A stretch of 64,000 bases of DNA, from NCBI GenBank assembly GCA_035494015.1, contig DATJHJ010000030.1, positions 5,047-69,046 on the forward strand, read 5' to 3'. The notes beneath the pieces are model-generated. The model searched no databases. It was not told the origin of the DNA and saw only the letters and a program-made list of their open reading frames with translations. This DNA is from Acidimicrobiales bacterium (GTDB taxonomy: Bacteria; Actinomycetota; Acidimicrobiia; Acidimicrobiales; AC-14). Positions 27,273 through 37,577 of the stretch are shown here, in pieces. Positions within the stretch are counted from its first letter, which is position 1. Each line of letters opens with the position of its first letter. The position numbers were made by a program, and so were the translations under genes.

Positions 27273-29134
27273 CGGCGCGCCGGGTCGGGCTCCGGGGACA
27301 GGTAGGCGGCGGCCTGGAGGGTGAACAGCTCGGCGTAGCGGCCGCCTTCGGCGAGGAGCTGGTCGTGGCTGCCCTGTTCCACCAGGCGGCCGCCGGCGAG
27401 CACGAAGATCCGGTCGGCTGAGCGGACGCTGGAGAACCGGTGCGAGATGAGCAGCACGGTCCGGCCGCGGGCCATGGTCCGGATGCGCTCGAACAGCTCG
27501 TGCTCGGCCCGGGGGTCGAGGGCGGCCGTGGGCTCGTCGAGGATGACGAACCGCGCCCCCCGGAAGAAGGCCCGGGCCAGGGCCACCCGCTGCCACTGGC
27601 CGATGGACAGCTCCTCCCCGCCCTCGAATTGGCGCCCGAGCACCGACTCGTAGCCCTGGGGCAACGCCTCCAGGAAGGCGTGCGCCCCCGCCTCCCGGGC
27701 CGCCTCGGCGACCTCGTCCACGTCGCCGCCTCGCTCGTTCCCCCCGATGGCGATGTTCTCGCGTGCGCTCAGGCAGTACTGGGCGAAGTCCTGGAAGATC
27801 ACCGCGATGTGGCGGCGCACGTCCACCGGGTCACAGGTCGTGGTGTCGACGCCGTCCCACAGGATCCGGCCGGTCGTGGGCTGGTACAGGTGGCACAGCA
27901 GCTTGGCCAGCGTGGTCTTCCCCGACCCGTTCTCGCCGACCAGGGCCACCACCTCACCGGCGTGGATCTCGAACGACACGTCGTCCAGGGCCACCCGGTC
28001 GGTCCCCGGATAGGTGAAGCTCACGTGGTCGACGGCCAGGGTGTCGAACCCCTCCGGGGCGGGGCCGTCGGGGCGGGCGGCGGCGACCACGGGCGCCAGT
28101 TCCAGGAAGGAGTTGAAGTCGTCGAGGAACAGGGCGTCCTCGAACAGGCCGGCGCCGCTCTGGGCGATGGATCCCAGCCGGCCACCGAGCTGCTGGATGG
28201 CCACGGCGGCGGCCACCGCCGACGCCACGCTCATCCGCCCGGCCAGCAGCAGGCCCACGAGCAGGGCGACGCTGAGGCCCGAGAGCACCGAGCTGGCCAG
28301 GCTGGCGACGATCGCCCGTCGCAACCGGAGGCGGGTGATCGTCCGCACGCCGTCGATGCGTTCGTCGTACAGCGCGTCGTAGCGGCGACGGAGGCGGCCG
28401 GCGGCGTCGAAGGCGCGGATCTCCTGCGCGAAGTACTTGGCGGTGAGCGCCATGCCCAGGTACTGGCGCTTGCGGTCCGACGGGGTCATCCCCCAGCCGA
28501 AGCGGTGGGAGGTCCGGCTGTTGCGGACCGTCGCCACCCATACGGGGACGTAGGCGACGAGGACGAAGGGGACCAGCAGGGGTTGCAGCGCCAGCAGGGC
28601 GGCCAGCAACCCGACCACCCCGATCAGCGACGACGTGAGCTGGAGCAGGCTGTTGGTCAGGTTGATGGGGCGGAAGCCGGCGGCCAGCTGGGCCCGCATG
28701 AGCCGGTCGTGGAACTCGGGGTTCTCGTAGGCCTCCAGGTCGACGACGGTGGCCACGTCGAGAATGCGCTCCTGGGCGTGGCGCCCGACCAGTTCGGCCA
28801 TCAGCCGCTGGAGCTCGGTGCGGGCGGACTGGGCGAAGCTGAGGAGGCCGGTGACGGCGAGGAAGGCCACCAGGGCGGGCAGGACGTGGGCCAAGCCGAG
28901 GTCGAGGCGGTCGGCCTGGAGGATCTCGGCCAGCAGGCGGCGGCCCACCAGCAACTGGACGGCGACCCCGAAGCCGGTGACCACCTGCAGGGCGGCGGAG
29001 ACGGTGAGCTCCCGGGGCCCGGCCCGGCGGACCAGCGTCAGCGCCCCGCCGGCGACCTGCGGGAACCGGCGCAGCGAGTGGTCCTGCGCCTTCCGCCAGA
29101 CGTCGTCGATGGTCGCCCGCCGTACCTCCGCCAC
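27269..29134 (-). CDS. ABC exporter, fused permease/ATPase (MsbA-like type I)
   Basis: 621 aa. Six-TM N-domain, Walker A GENGSGKTT, signature LSIGQWQR, Walker B FVILDEP. Confidence 0.88.
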   Translation of the reverse strand: MAEVRRATIDDVWRKAQDHSLRRFPQVAGGALTLVRRAGPRELTVSAALQVVTGFGVAVQLLVGRRLLAEILQADRLDLGLAHVLPALVAFLAVTGLLSFAQSARTELQRLMAELVGRHAQERILDVATVVDLEAYENPEFHDRLMRAQLAAGFRPINLTNSLLQLTSSLIGVVGLLAALLALQPLLVPFVLVAYVPVWVATVRNSRTSHRFGWGMTPSDRKRQYLGMALTAKYFAQEIRAFDAAGRLRRRYDALYDERIDGVRTITRLRLRRAIVASLASSVLSGLSVALLVGLLLAGRMSVASAVAAAVAIQQLGGRLGSIAQSGAGLFEDALFLDDFNSFLELAPVVAAARPDGPAPEGFDTLAVDHVSFTYPGTDRVALDDVSFEIHAGEVVALVGENGSGKTTLAKLLCHLYQPTTGRILWDGVDTTTCDPVDVRRHIAVIFQDFAQYCLSARENIAIGGNERGGDVDEVAEAAREAGAHAFLEALPQGYESVLGRQFEGGEELSIGQWQRVALARAFFRGARFVILDEPTAALDPRAEHELFERIRTMARGRTVLLISHRFSSVRSADRIFVLAGGRLVEQGSHDQLLAEGGRYAELFTLQAAAYLSPEPDPARR

Positions 29135-29143
29135 AGCGGAAGG

Positions 29144-29788
29144 CTACCGGAGGTGGAGCACGTCGCCGGCGGTGATTTTCCGCCCGTCCACGACCAGCCG
29201 GCCCTCGTCGTCGACAGCCTCGGCCACGCCTTCGACGGTCTCGCCGGGCAGCTCGACCCGGACCCGGCGGCCGATCGTGGCGCACCGCTGCCGGTACCGG
29301 GCCAGCACGTCGGCCGGCTGGTCGAGCCCGGCCAGGTAGGCGGCGAGCAGCTCGTCGCGGTCGACGTCGGGGCCGAGCCAGGCCGCCCCGGCCGGGGCCC
29401 AGGTCAGGTTGAGCCCGAGCCCGACGACGGCGGCGTCGCCGACCAGCTCGGACAGGATCCCGCCGACCTTGCGACCGTCGAGCAGCACGTCGTTCGGCCA
29501 CTTGAGCGTGGTCGCCACGCCGGCCACCTGCTCGCACGCCTCGGCCGCGGCCAGCCCGGCGGCCAGGGTGACGAGTGGGGGAACGGGCCGCAGGACGACC
29601 GAGACGAGCAGGCCGGAGCCGGCCGGGGACTCCCACGTCCGGCCCCGGCGGCCCCGCCCCGCGGTCTGGTGGTCGGCCCCGACGACCAGGCCGTCGGCGG
29701 CGCCCGCCCGGGCCGCGTCGGCGGCGAACCGGTTGGTCGAGTCGATCTCCGGGAACCAGCGGATGTCGGAGAACCGGCGGGTGGGCAC
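29144..29788 (-). CDS. birA: biotin--[acetyl-CoA-carboxylase] ligase (no HTH domain)
   Basis: FPEIDSTN, GADHQTAGRGRRGRTWESP, LKWPNDVLL and KVGGILSE. GTG 29788 is preferred, because the ATG starts 29830/29836 would overlap the divergent accA start. Confidence 0.8.
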   Translation of the reverse strand: MPTRRFSDIRWFPEIDSTNRFAADAARAGAADGLVVGADHQTAGRGRRGRTWESPAGSGLLVSVVLRPVPPLVTLAAGLAAAEACEQVAGVATTLKWPNDVLLDGRKVGGILSELVGDAAVVGLGLNLTWAPAGAAWLGPDVDRDELLAAYLAGLDQPADVLARYRQRCATIGRRVRVELPGETVEGVAEAVDDEGRLVVDGRKITAGDVLHLR

Positions 29789-29810
29789 GTCTGGGCCATT
29801 ATTGCGGGCC

Positions 29811-31565
29811 GTGTTCAGAAAGGTCCTCATCGCCAACCGGGGCGAGATCGCCGTCCGGGTGATCCGCGCCTGCCACGAGCTGGGTATCCCGACCGTGGCG
29901 GTGTACTCAGAGCTGGACCGGCGGTCGTTGCACGTCCGCCTGGCCGACGAGGCCTTCGCCCTGCACGGCCAGAGCGCGGCCGAGAGCTACCTGAACACCG
30001 ACGCCATCCTGCGCGCCATCCGCGACAGCGGGGCTGACGCCGTCCACCCCGGCTACGGCTTCTTCAGCGAGAACCCCGCCTTCGCCCGGGCGGTGGCGTC
30101 GGAAGGGGCGACCTTCGTGGGCCCGCCGCCCGAAGCCATGGAGCTCATGGGCGACAAGGTGTCGTCCCGGGACACGGCGCGGGCCGCCGGCGTACCCGTG
30201 GTCCCCGGCAGCGACGGGGCGGTCACGACGGTGGACGAGGTGACCGCCTTCGGCAACGAGCACGGGTGGCCGGTGGCCATCAAGGCCTCCTACGGCGGCG
30301 GCGGCCGGGGGATGAAGGTCGTGGAGGGGCCGGGCACGGCGGCGGACGCCTTCGAGTCGGCCCGCCGCGAGGGCGAGGCCTACTTCGGTCACGGCGAGAT
30401 CTACGTCGAGCGGTACATGTCCTGGCCCCGCCATGTGGAGATGCAGGTCTTCGCCGACCGCCACGGCCACGCGGTCTGGATGGGCGAGCGGGACTGCTCC
30501 AGCCAGCGCCGCCACCAGAAGCTGATCGAGGAGACGCCCGCCCCCGGCGTGACCCCGGAGATGCGCCAGGCCATGGGCGACGCTTCCGTCGCCGTCACCC
30601 GGGCCTGCGGCTACGTGAACGCCGGGACCGTCGAGTTCCTGGTCCAGGACGGCGAGTTCTGGTTCCTCGAGATGAACGCCCGCCTCCAGGTCGAGCACCC
30701 GGTCACCGAGCTGGCCTGCGGGATCGACCTGGTGGCCGAGCAGCTGCGGGTGGCGTGGGGCGAGCCCCTGTCGTTCACCCAGGAGTCGTTGCGGCCGCGC
30801 GGCCACGCCATGGAGTGCCGGGTCAACGCCGAGGACGTCGCCGGCGGCCGCTTCCTCCCGTCGCCCGGCACGCTGACCCGCTTCTCCCGGCCGGGGGGCT
30901 TCGGGGTCCGCATCGACGCCGGCTACGGCGAGGGCGACACCGTCAGCCAGCACTACGACAACCTCATCGCCAAGGTGCTGACCTGGGGGGCGGGGCGGGA
31001 GGAGGCCCGGCGGCGGATGCTCCGGGTCCTGCGGGAGATGTCCATCGAGGGGGTGACGACCAACATCGCCGCCCACCTGCGCATCCTCGAGCACCCCGAC
31101 TTCATCGAGAACCGCCACTCCACCCGATGGGTCACCGAGCGGCTCGACTTCTCCGATTTGGTGTCCACCCCGCCGGGGGGAACGGGCACGCCCCCGGCCG
31201 AGGTCCCCCGCGACGTGACCGTCGAGGTCGAGGGCCGCCGCTACGGCGTCCGGGTCTGGCTCCCCGAGGGCGTGGCCACCGCGCCGGCCACGGGCTCCGC
31301 CGGCCTGCAGCCCCGGGCCCGCGCCACGAGGGCCGCGGCCACGGCGGGCGGGCCGGGCAAAATTGCCGCGCCCATGCAGGGCACGATCATCGAGGTCCTC
31401 GTCGCCGTGGGCGACGTCGTCGCCCCCGGCCAGGCCGTTTGTGTCCTGGAGGCCATGAAGATGGAGAACCAGGTCGACGCCGAGCGGGCCGGCACCGTGA
31501 CCGAGGTCCGCATGGCCCCCGGCGACACGGTCGGCGCCGGTGAGGTGCTGGTCGTCCTCGAGTAG
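29811..31565 (+). CDS. accA: acyl-CoA carboxylase alpha subunit (biotin carboxylase + BCCP)
   Basis: GTG 29811 gives MFRKVLIANRGEIAVRVIRAC. ATP-grasp motifs are present and the C-terminal biotinyl site is EAMKMEN. Confidence 0.9.
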   Translation: MFRKVLIANRGEIAVRVIRACHELGIPTVAVYSELDRRSLHVRLADEAFALHGQSAAESYLNTDAILRAIRDSGADAVHPGYGFFSENPAFARAVASEGATFVGPPPEAMELMGDKVSSRDTARAAGVPVVPGSDGAVTTVDEVTAFGNEHGWPVAIKASYGGGGRGMKVVEGPGTAADAFESARREGEAYFGHGEIYVERYMSWPRHVEMQVFADRHGHAVWMGERDCSSQRRHQKLIEETPAPGVTPEMRQAMGDASVAVTRACGYVNAGTVEFLVQDGEFWFLEMNARLQVEHPVTELACGIDLVAEQLRVAWGEPLSFTQESLRPRGHAMECRVNAEDVAGGRFLPSPGTLTRFSRPGGFGVRIDAGYGEGDTVSQHYDNLIAKVLTWGAGREEARRRMLRVLREMSIEGVTTNIAAHLRILEHPDFIENRHSTRWVTERLDFSDLVSTPPGGTGTPPAEVPRDVTVEVEGRRYGVRVWLPEGVATAPATGSAGLQPRARATRAAATAGGPGKIAAPMQGTIIEVLVAVGDVVAPGQAVCVLEAMKMENQVDAERAGTVTEVRMAPGDTVGAGEVLVVLE

Positions 31566-31577
31566 CCGGCCGCTTCC

Positions 31578-32942
31578 TCACTCGGCGGCCTCGGACAGCG
31601 TCTCGGCCAGGCTGGGGTGCACGACCAGGCTGTCGACCACGTCGGCCACCCGCAGGTTGCAGTTGACGGCCAGGGCCAGCACGGAGATCAGCTCGGCGGC
31701 GTGGCGGCCGACGATGGAGCCGCCGAGGACCACGCCGGTGGCCGGGTCGGAGACGATCTTGACGAACCCACGGGCGTCGTTGTTGATGAGGGCCTTGGCG
31801 CTGGCTGAGAAGGGGACCTTCGTCACCCGGATCTTGCGACCGGTGGCGAAGGCCTCGGCTTCGGCGATGCCCACCTCGGCGATCTCCGGCTCGGTGAAGA
31901 TGGCCTGGGCCGCCTTGTCGTAGTCCAGGTGGCGGTGATCCCGGGTGTGAAGGCCCATCACGTGCTCGGCGACCTTGCGGCCCTGCATGCCCGCCACCGA
32001 CGACAGGGGGAGCCGCCCGGACAGGTCGCCGCCGGCGTAGATGTGGGCCACGTTCGACTGGCAGTGCTGGTTGACGGGCACGTAGCCCCGCTCGTCGACC
32101 TCGACCCCCGCCTCAGCCAGGCCCAGGCCGTCGGAGTTGGGGATGGAGCCGATGGCCAGCAGGGCATGGCTCCCCCGGGCCACCCGCCCGTCGTCGCACC
32201 GGACGGCCACGCCACCGCCGTCCTCCCGGTCGATCCCCACCGCCCGCGCCCCGATGAGCAGGCGGACGCCCCGGCGCAGGAACTCGTCCTCCAGGGCCGC
32301 CGCCACCTCGGGGTCCTTCTGGGGCAGGACCTGCTGGCGGCTCACCACCAGCGTTACCGCCGAGCCGAGGGCCCGGAACATGTGGACGAACTCCACCCCG
32401 GTCACACCCGACCCGATGACCACCAGGTGCTCGGGGACGACCGGCGGCGGATAGGCCTGGCGGGTGGTCAGGACGCGGTCCCCGTCGGGTTGGCACCACG
32501 GTGGGATCCGGGGCCGGCTCCCGGTGGCGAGGAGGATGGCGTCGGCCTCCAGCTCCACCAGGCCGTCGACCGTGCCGACCACGACTGAGTTGGGACCGGT
32601 CAGCCGACCGGTGCCCCGCAGCAGTCGCACCCCCTGGTCGGCCAGGAGGGTCTCCACCGAGCCGCGAAGGCGGTCCTCGATGCCGGTGATGCGGGCCTTG
32701 AGGGCGTCCACGTCGAGCTCAGGGTGGAGGGGCACCAGTCCCATGCCCGGCACGCCCTCCACGAACGACATCGCCCCGCCGGTGCCTATCATGGCCTTGG
32801 ACGGGATGCAGTCCCAGAGGTGGGCGGCCCCGCCGACCACATCGCGCTCGACCAGGGTGACCTGGGCGCCCAGCCGAGCGGCGTGGGTCGCGGCCTGGTT
32901 GCCGGCGGGCCCGCCGCCGATGATCACGAACCGCACGGCCAT
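31578..32942 (-). CDS. lpdA: flavoprotein disulfide-reductase-family NAD(P)H-quinone oxidoreductase, LpdA (Rv3303c)-like
   Basis: 454 aa. IIGGGPAGNQAA FAD motif. The redox-centre region reads GGAAHLWDCIPSK, so only one Cys of the canonical CxxxxC pair is present, as reported for M. tuberculosis LpdA. Confidence 0.75.
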   Translation of the reverse strand: MAVRFVIIGGGPAGNQAATHAARLGAQVTLVERDVVGGAAHLWDCIPSKAMIGTGGAMSFVEGVPGMGLVPLHPELDVDALKARITGIEDRLRGSVETLLADQGVRLLRGTGRLTGPNSVVVGTVDGLVELEADAILLATGSRPRIPPWCQPDGDRVLTTRQAYPPPVVPEHLVVIGSGVTGVEFVHMFRALGSAVTLVVSRQQVLPQKDPEVAAALEDEFLRRGVRLLIGARAVGIDREDGGGVAVRCDDGRVARGSHALLAIGSIPNSDGLGLAEAGVEVDERGYVPVNQHCQSNVAHIYAGGDLSGRLPLSSVAGMQGRKVAEHVMGLHTRDHRHLDYDKAAQAIFTEPEIAEVGIAEAEAFATGRKIRVTKVPFSASAKALINNDARGFVKIVSDPATGVVLGGSIVGRHAAELISVLALAVNCNLRVADVVDSLVVHPSLAETLSEAAE

Positions 32943-32952
32943 AGGGTCGAGG

Positions 32953-33558
32953 TTACGGGGGCGGGCGGTGGACCGCGGACAGCAGGGAGGCGTAGGACCG
33001 CACCAGCAGGGCCCGTTCCTCGGCCACCAGCGGGCTGGCCAGGTCGCAGCCCTCGGCGACCCAGCGATCGGACACGTCCATGGCCTCGACCCTCAGGTTC
33101 GCCGCCGGGGTGACGTCCTCCGGCGGGCAGCGGTACAGGTAGGCGTACAGCCGGACCAGGCAGTCGACCAGCTCCTGGTGGCCGTCGCCGGCCTGGTCGC
33201 CGGTTTGGACGGCGCGGTGGGCCCGCCACCAGTCGACCTCCAGCCGGGCCGCCTCGACCGTGTCGAGGGTCTCGCCGGAGTCGTGGGCGACCAGCCGGTA
33301 GAACCGCTGCATGCAGCGGCGGGCGCCGTCGGGGTCGTTGTCGACGGGTGGGGCCCACAGCTGGTTGGCCCGGAGCACCAGCCAGGCGCCGTAGAGGGTC
33401 CGGTGCGGGCGCATGCGGAAGCCGGCCTGGATCAGGCCCACCGACGCCACCAGCAGGGCGAACCACTCGTGGCGGTAGTAGGTCACCCACGCCCGGCACT
33501 CCAGCTCCCCGACCCGCCGGGGGTCGAAGTTGCGGCCCCGCGGCACGTCGCGTCTCAC
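32953..33558 (-). CDS. hypothetical protein (201 aa), translationally coupled to the last Opp-type ATPase
   Basis: GTG 33558 overlaps the upstream stop as GTGA. High GC3. No motif recognised (…[28 protein letters not shown]…). Confidence 0.55.
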   Translation of the reverse strand: MRRDVPRGRNFDPRRVGELECRAWVTYYRHEWFALLVASVGLIQAGFRMRPHRTLYGAWLVLRANQLWAPPVDNDPDGARRCMQRFYRLVAHDSGETLDTVEAARLEVDWWRAHRAVQTGDQAGDGHQELVDCLVRLYAYLYRCPPEDVTPAANLRVEAMDVSDRWVAEGCDLASPLVAEERALLVRSYASLLSAVHRPPP

Positions 33559-34529
33559 GGAACCACCTGCACCTCCTCGGCGAAGTGGCAGGCCGCAGGG
33601 TGGCCGTGGCCGCGGTCGACGAGGGCGGGGACCTCCTGGGCGCACACGTCCTGGGCCTTCCAGCAACGGGTGCGGAAGCGGCAACCCGACGGCGGGTCGA
33701 CCGGGCTGGCCAGGTCGCCCTTCAGGACGATGCGCTTGCGGCGGCGCTCGGCCGCCGGGTCGGGGATGGGCACGGCCGACAGGAGGGCCTGGGTGTAGGG
33801 GTGGGCCGGGTGGTTGTAGATGTCGTCCCGGGTGCCGGTCTCCATGATCTGGCCCAGGTACATGACCGCCACCCGGTCGGAGATGTGCCGGACCACGGAC
33901 AGGTCGTGGGCGATGAACAGGTACGACAGGTTGAGCTGGGCCCGCAGCTCCTCCAGCAGGTTGAGCACGCCGGCCTGGATGCTCACGTCGAGAGCCGACA
34001 CCGGCTCGTCGAGCACGAGCACGTCGGGCTCGAGGGCCAGGGCCCGGGCCACGCCGATGCGCTGGCGCTGGCCGCTGGAGAACTCGTGGGGGTAGCGGCC
34101 GGCGTGCTCCGGGCGCAGGCGGACCAGCTCGAGCAGCTCCCCGGCCCGGGCCCGGGCCTGCTTGGTCGGCGTGCCGTGGACGATGAGGGGCTCGGCCACG
34201 ATCGACCACACCTGCATGCGGGGATTGAGTGAGGCGTAGGGGTCCTGAAAGACGATCTGCAGGTCGGCCCGCAGCTTGCGCAGGTCCTTGCGGCCCAGCC
34301 GCAGCACGTCCCGCCCCCGGAACAGGACCTGCCCGGACGTGGCCTCGATCAGCCGGACGATGCAGCGGGCGGTGGTCGACTTCCCGCACCCCGACTCCCC
34401 GACGATACCCAGCGTCTCCCCCTCGGCCAGGTCGAACGAGACGCCCGACACGGCGTGGACCTTGCCGCCGCCGCGGGCGGGGAACTCCTTGACCAGGTCG
34501 CGGACAGACAGGATGGGGTCGCCGGTCAT
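33555..34529 (-). CDS. oligopeptide/dipeptide ABC transporter ATP-binding protein, OppF-type (second pair)
   Basis: ATG 34529 (ATGA overlap). [29 protein letters not shown], and the C-terminal Cys-rich [10 protein letters not shown]...ACHF oligopeptide-type extension. Confidence 0.88.
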   Translation of the reverse strand: MTGDPILSVRDLVKEFPARGGGKVHAVSGVSFDLAEGETLGIVGESGCGKSTTARCIVRLIEATSGQVLFRGRDVLRLGRKDLRKLRADLQIVFQDPYASLNPRMQVWSIVAEPLIVHGTPTKQARARAGELLELVRLRPEHAGRYPHEFSSGQRQRIGVARALALEPDVLVLDEPVSALDVSIQAGVLNLLEELRAQLNLSYLFIAHDLSVVRHISDRVAVMYLGQIMETGTRDDIYNHPAHPYTQALLSAVPIPDPAAERRRKRIVLKGDLASPVDPPSGCRFRTRCWKAQDVCAQEVPALVDRGHGHPAACHFAEEVQVVP

Positions 34530-35512
34530 TTGCTGGCGACGGGGCCGAGCTCCTCGGCGTAGTGGCAGGCGGCTTCCACCCCGGCGACGGGCCGCAGGCG
34601 GGGGTCGTCGACCTGGCAGTTCGGCCGGGCGTGCGGGCAGCGGGGGTGGAAGGCGCAGCCGCCGGGCAGATGGAGCAGCGACGGGGCGCCCCCGCCGATG
34701 GACTGGAGGGGCCCGTGGCGGGTGTCCGTGAGGCGGGGGACCGACGCCAGCAGGCCACGGGTGTAGGGGTGGCGGGCCTGGGTGTAGACGGCGTCGACCG
34801 ATCCCTTCTCCACCACCCGGCCGGCGTACATCACGGCCACGTCGTCGGCCAGCCCGGCGACCACACCCAGGTCGTGGCTGATCAGCACGATGGCCACCCC
34901 CTTCTCCTCGCGGATGTCCCGCAGCAGGTCGAGGATCTGGGCCTGGATGGTGACGTCGAGCGCAGTGGTGGGCTCGTCGGCGATCAGCACGTCGGGGTCG
35001 TTGGCCACGGCCATGGCGATCATGGCCCGCTGGCACATCCCCCCCGAGAACTGATGGGGGTAGTCCCGGGCCCGGCGGTCGGGCTGGGGGATGCCGACCA
35101 GGGCCAGCAGCTCGACGGCCCGCTTGGCCGCCTCCTTGCGCCCGACGTCCGGGTGGTGGATGCGGATGCCCTCGACGATCTGGTGGCCGATGGGCTGGAC
35201 CGGATTGAGCGAGGTCTTGGGGTCCTGGAAGATCATGGCCACGGCCGCGCCCCGTAGTTTCCGCAGCTCACGGGGGGCGAGGCCGACCAGCTCCCGGCCC
35301 CGGTACTTCACCGACCCCGACACCTCGGCCCCGGCCGGCAGGAGCCCGAGGGTGGCCAGCATGGTCACCGTCTTACCGGAGCCGGACTCCCCCACGACGC
35401 CCAGCACCTTGCGGGCCTCCAGGGTGAGGTCCACGCCCCGGACCGCGGCCACCGGGCCCTCCTGGGTCGGGAAGGTCACCTCCAGGCCGGCAATCTCCAG
35501 CACGGGGGTCAT
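34526..35512 (-). CDS. oligopeptide/dipeptide ABC transporter ATP-binding protein, OppD-type (second pair)
   Basis: ATG 35512 (ATGA overlap). [43 protein letters not shown]. Confidence 0.88.
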   Translation of the reverse strand: MTPVLEIAGLEVTFPTQEGPVAAVRGVDLTLEARKVLGVVGESGSGKTVTMLATLGLLPAGAEVSGSVKYRGRELVGLAPRELRKLRGAAVAMIFQDPKTSLNPVQPIGHQIVEGIRIHHPDVGRKEAAKRAVELLALVGIPQPDRRARDYPHQFSGGMCQRAMIAMAVANDPDVLIADEPTTALDVTIQAQILDLLRDIREEKGVAIVLISHDLGVVAGLADDVAVMYAGRVVEKGSVDAVYTQARHPYTRGLLASVPRLTDTRHGPLQSIGGGAPSLLHLPGGCAFHPRCPHARPNCQVDDPRLRPVAGVEAACHYAEELGPVASK

Positions 35513-36564
35513 GGGGCGAAGGGTAGGCCGGCAGCGTTTGGCAGATCCGGCGCGTCCTGGCGCGCCGGATCTGCCAAACCGCTGACCTGCGGGGCGGCCT
35601 CGGCGAAGTGGCAGGCGACGGGGTGGCCCTGGCCGCGGTCGACCAGGGCCGGCTCCTCCACTGCGCACACGTCCTGCGCCTTCCAGCAGCGGGTGCGGAA
35701 CCGGCAGCCCGACGGCGGGTCGAGCGGGCTGGGCACGTCGCCGGGGAGCAGGATGCGGGCCCGGGCCCGCTCGGCGACCGGGTTGGCCGACGGCATGGCC
35801 GAGAGCAGGGCCTGGGTGTACGGGTGCGACGGTCGATCGAAGACGTCGTCCCGGAGGCCGCTCTCCACCACCTTCCCGAGGTACATGACCACGACCTTGT
35901 GGGAAATGAGCCGGATCACCGACAGGTCGTGGGCGATGAACACGTAGGCCACGCCGAGGCGCTCCTGCAGGTCGGCCAGCAGGTTGATGACACCGGCCTG
36001 GATGGAGACGTCGAGCGAGGAGATGGGCTCGTCCAGGACCAGGAGCTCGGGCTGCAGGGCGAGGGCGCGGGCGATCCCGACCCGCTGGCGCTGGCCGCCC
36101 GAGAACTGGTGGGGGTAGCGGGTGACGTGGTCCGGGTCGAGCTCGACCAGGGTCATCAGCTCGCGCACCCGGTCCTTGCCCCCCTTGCGGTACAGCCCGT
36201 GGATGCGCAGGGGCTCGGCGATGCTGGCCCCGACGGTCATCTGCGGGTCGAGGGAGGCGTACGGGTCCTGGGCCACCATCTGCAGCCGCCGCCGCAGGGC
36301 CCGCAGGGCCTTGGGCTTGGCCGTGAGGACGTCGACGTCGTCGAAACGGGCCGTCCCCGACGTGGCCGGCATGAGGCCGAGGACGAGCCGGGCGGTGGTC
36401 GACTTCCCGCAGCCCGACTCGCCCACGATGCCGAGGGTCTCGCCCCTGCCCACCTCGAACGACACCCCGCACACGGCGTGGACCTGCCGGGCGTGCCGCC
36501 CGAACAAGCCGCCGCCGGCCGGGAAGTGCTTGACCAGATCCTCGACCGCCAGCAGCGGGGTCAT
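35509..36564 (-). CDS. oligopeptide/dipeptide ABC transporter ATP-binding protein, OppF-type (first pair) with about 29-aa C-terminal tail read through a hairpin
   Basis: 351 aa. [39 protein letters not shown]...ACHFAE. The tail [29 protein letters not shown] is absent from the paralog. Confidence 0.85.
   Translation of the reverse strand: MTPLLAVEDLVKHFPAGGGLFGRHARQVHAVCGVSFEVGRGETLGIVGESGCGKSTTARLVLGLMPATSGTARFDDVDVLTAKPKALRALRRRLQMVAQDPYASLDPQMTVGASIAEPLRIHGLYRKGGKDRVRELMTLVELDPDHVTRYPHQFSGGQRQRVGIARALALQPELLVLDEPISSLDVSIQAGVINLLADLQERLGVAYVFIAHDLSVIRLISHKVVVMYLGKVVESGLRDDVFDRPSHPYTQALLSAMPSANPVAERARARILLPGDVPSPLDPPSGCRFRTRCWKAQDVCAVEEPALVDRGQGHPVACHFAEAAPQVSGLADPARQDAPDLPNAAGLPFAP
35537..35578. 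other. perfect 18-bp inverted repeat (6-nt loop) inside the 3' tail of the OppF-type gene
   Basis: tttggcagatccggcgcg-tcctgg-cgcgccggatctgccaaa. It lies at the junction between the first and second ATPase pairs. Confidence 0.6.
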
Positions 36565-36565
36565 C

Positions 36566-37576
36566 TCAGGCCGTGCCCAGCTCGGCCAAGGGGTCGGCCA
36601 GCTCGTCGCTCAGGTGGCAGGCCACGGCGTGCCCACCCCCCGGCGTGGGCAGGAGCTGGGGGACGGCGCCCGCGCACGGATCGGGGGTGCGGGCGTGGGG
36701 GCAGCGGGGGTGGAACGGGCAGCCGGCGGGGACGTCGACCAGCGACGGCGGCTGGCCGGCGATGCGCACCAGATGTCGGGTCTCCTGGGCCACACGGGGC
36801 ATGGAGGCGATCAACCCCCGGGTGTACGGGTGGGCCGGGCGGAGGAGGACCTCGTCCACCGTCCCCGACTCGACCACCTTGCCCGCGTACATGACCAGGA
36901 CCCGGTCGGCCACCCCGGCGATGACGCCGAAATCGTGGGTGATGAGGATCAGGGCCGACCGGGTCCGCCGCCGGACGTCCTTCAGCAGCTCGAGGATCTG
37001 GGCCTGGGTGGTGACGTCCAGGGCGGTGGTCGGCTCGTCGGCGATGAGAACGTCGGGGTCGTTGGCGATGGCCATGGCGATCATGGCCCGCTGGCGCATC
37101 CCGCCGGAGAACTCGTGGGGGTACTGCCGGGCCCGTTCCTCGGGCGTGGGGATCCCGACCAGGCCGAGCAACTCGACGGCCCGCTTCCACGCATCGTCGC
37201 GCGACGTCCCGTGGTGGTGGACCCGTACTGCCTCGGCGATCTGCTTGCCCACCCGGTGCAGCGGGTTCAGAGCAGCGAGGGCGTCCTGGAAGATGAGGCC
37301 GACCCGGTCGCCCCGTATGGCTCGCAGCTCGGCGGCGGGGAGCGCCAGCATGTCCCGCCCGCCGAAGGTCACCCGGCCGGTCACCCGGGCGGTGGGCGGC
37401 AGGAGCCGGAGCACGGACAGGGCGGTGACCGTCTTGCCCGAGCCCGACTCCCCGACGATGCCGAGCACCTCGTCCGGGAACACCGAGAACGACACGCCGT
37501 CGGCCGCCTTGACCACACCGTGGTCGGTGCGGAACTGGACCCGGAGATCCTCGACGGTGAGGAGCGGCTCGGCCAT
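36566..37576 (-). CDS. oligopeptide/dipeptide ABC transporter ATP-binding protein, OppD-type (first pair)
   Basis: 336 aa. [43 protein letters not shown]. Confidence 0.88.
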   Translation of the reverse strand: MAEPLLTVEDLRVQFRTDHGVVKAADGVSFSVFPDEVLGIVGESGSGKTVTALSVLRLLPPTARVTGRVTFGGRDMLALPAAELRAIRGDRVGLIFQDALAALNPLHRVGKQIAEAVRVHHHGTSRDDAWKRAVELLGLVGIPTPEERARQYPHEFSGGMRQRAMIAMAIANDPDVLIADEPTTALDVTTQAQILELLKDVRRRTRSALILITHDFGVIAGVADRVLVMYAGKVVESGTVDEVLLRPAHPYTRGLIASMPRVAQETRHLVRIAGQPPSLVDVPAGCPFHPRCPHARTPDPCAGAVPQLLPTPGGGHAVACHLSDELADPLAELGTA

Positions 37577-37577
37577 G

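Noticed and set aside
29763-29836. Longer starts for accA (ATG 29763) and birA (ATG 29830/29836).
   Set aside because: They would make the divergent genes overlap head-to-head by up to 74 nt. They would also add N-terminal residues that biotin carboxylases (which normally begin M-x-KVLIANRGEIA) do not have.
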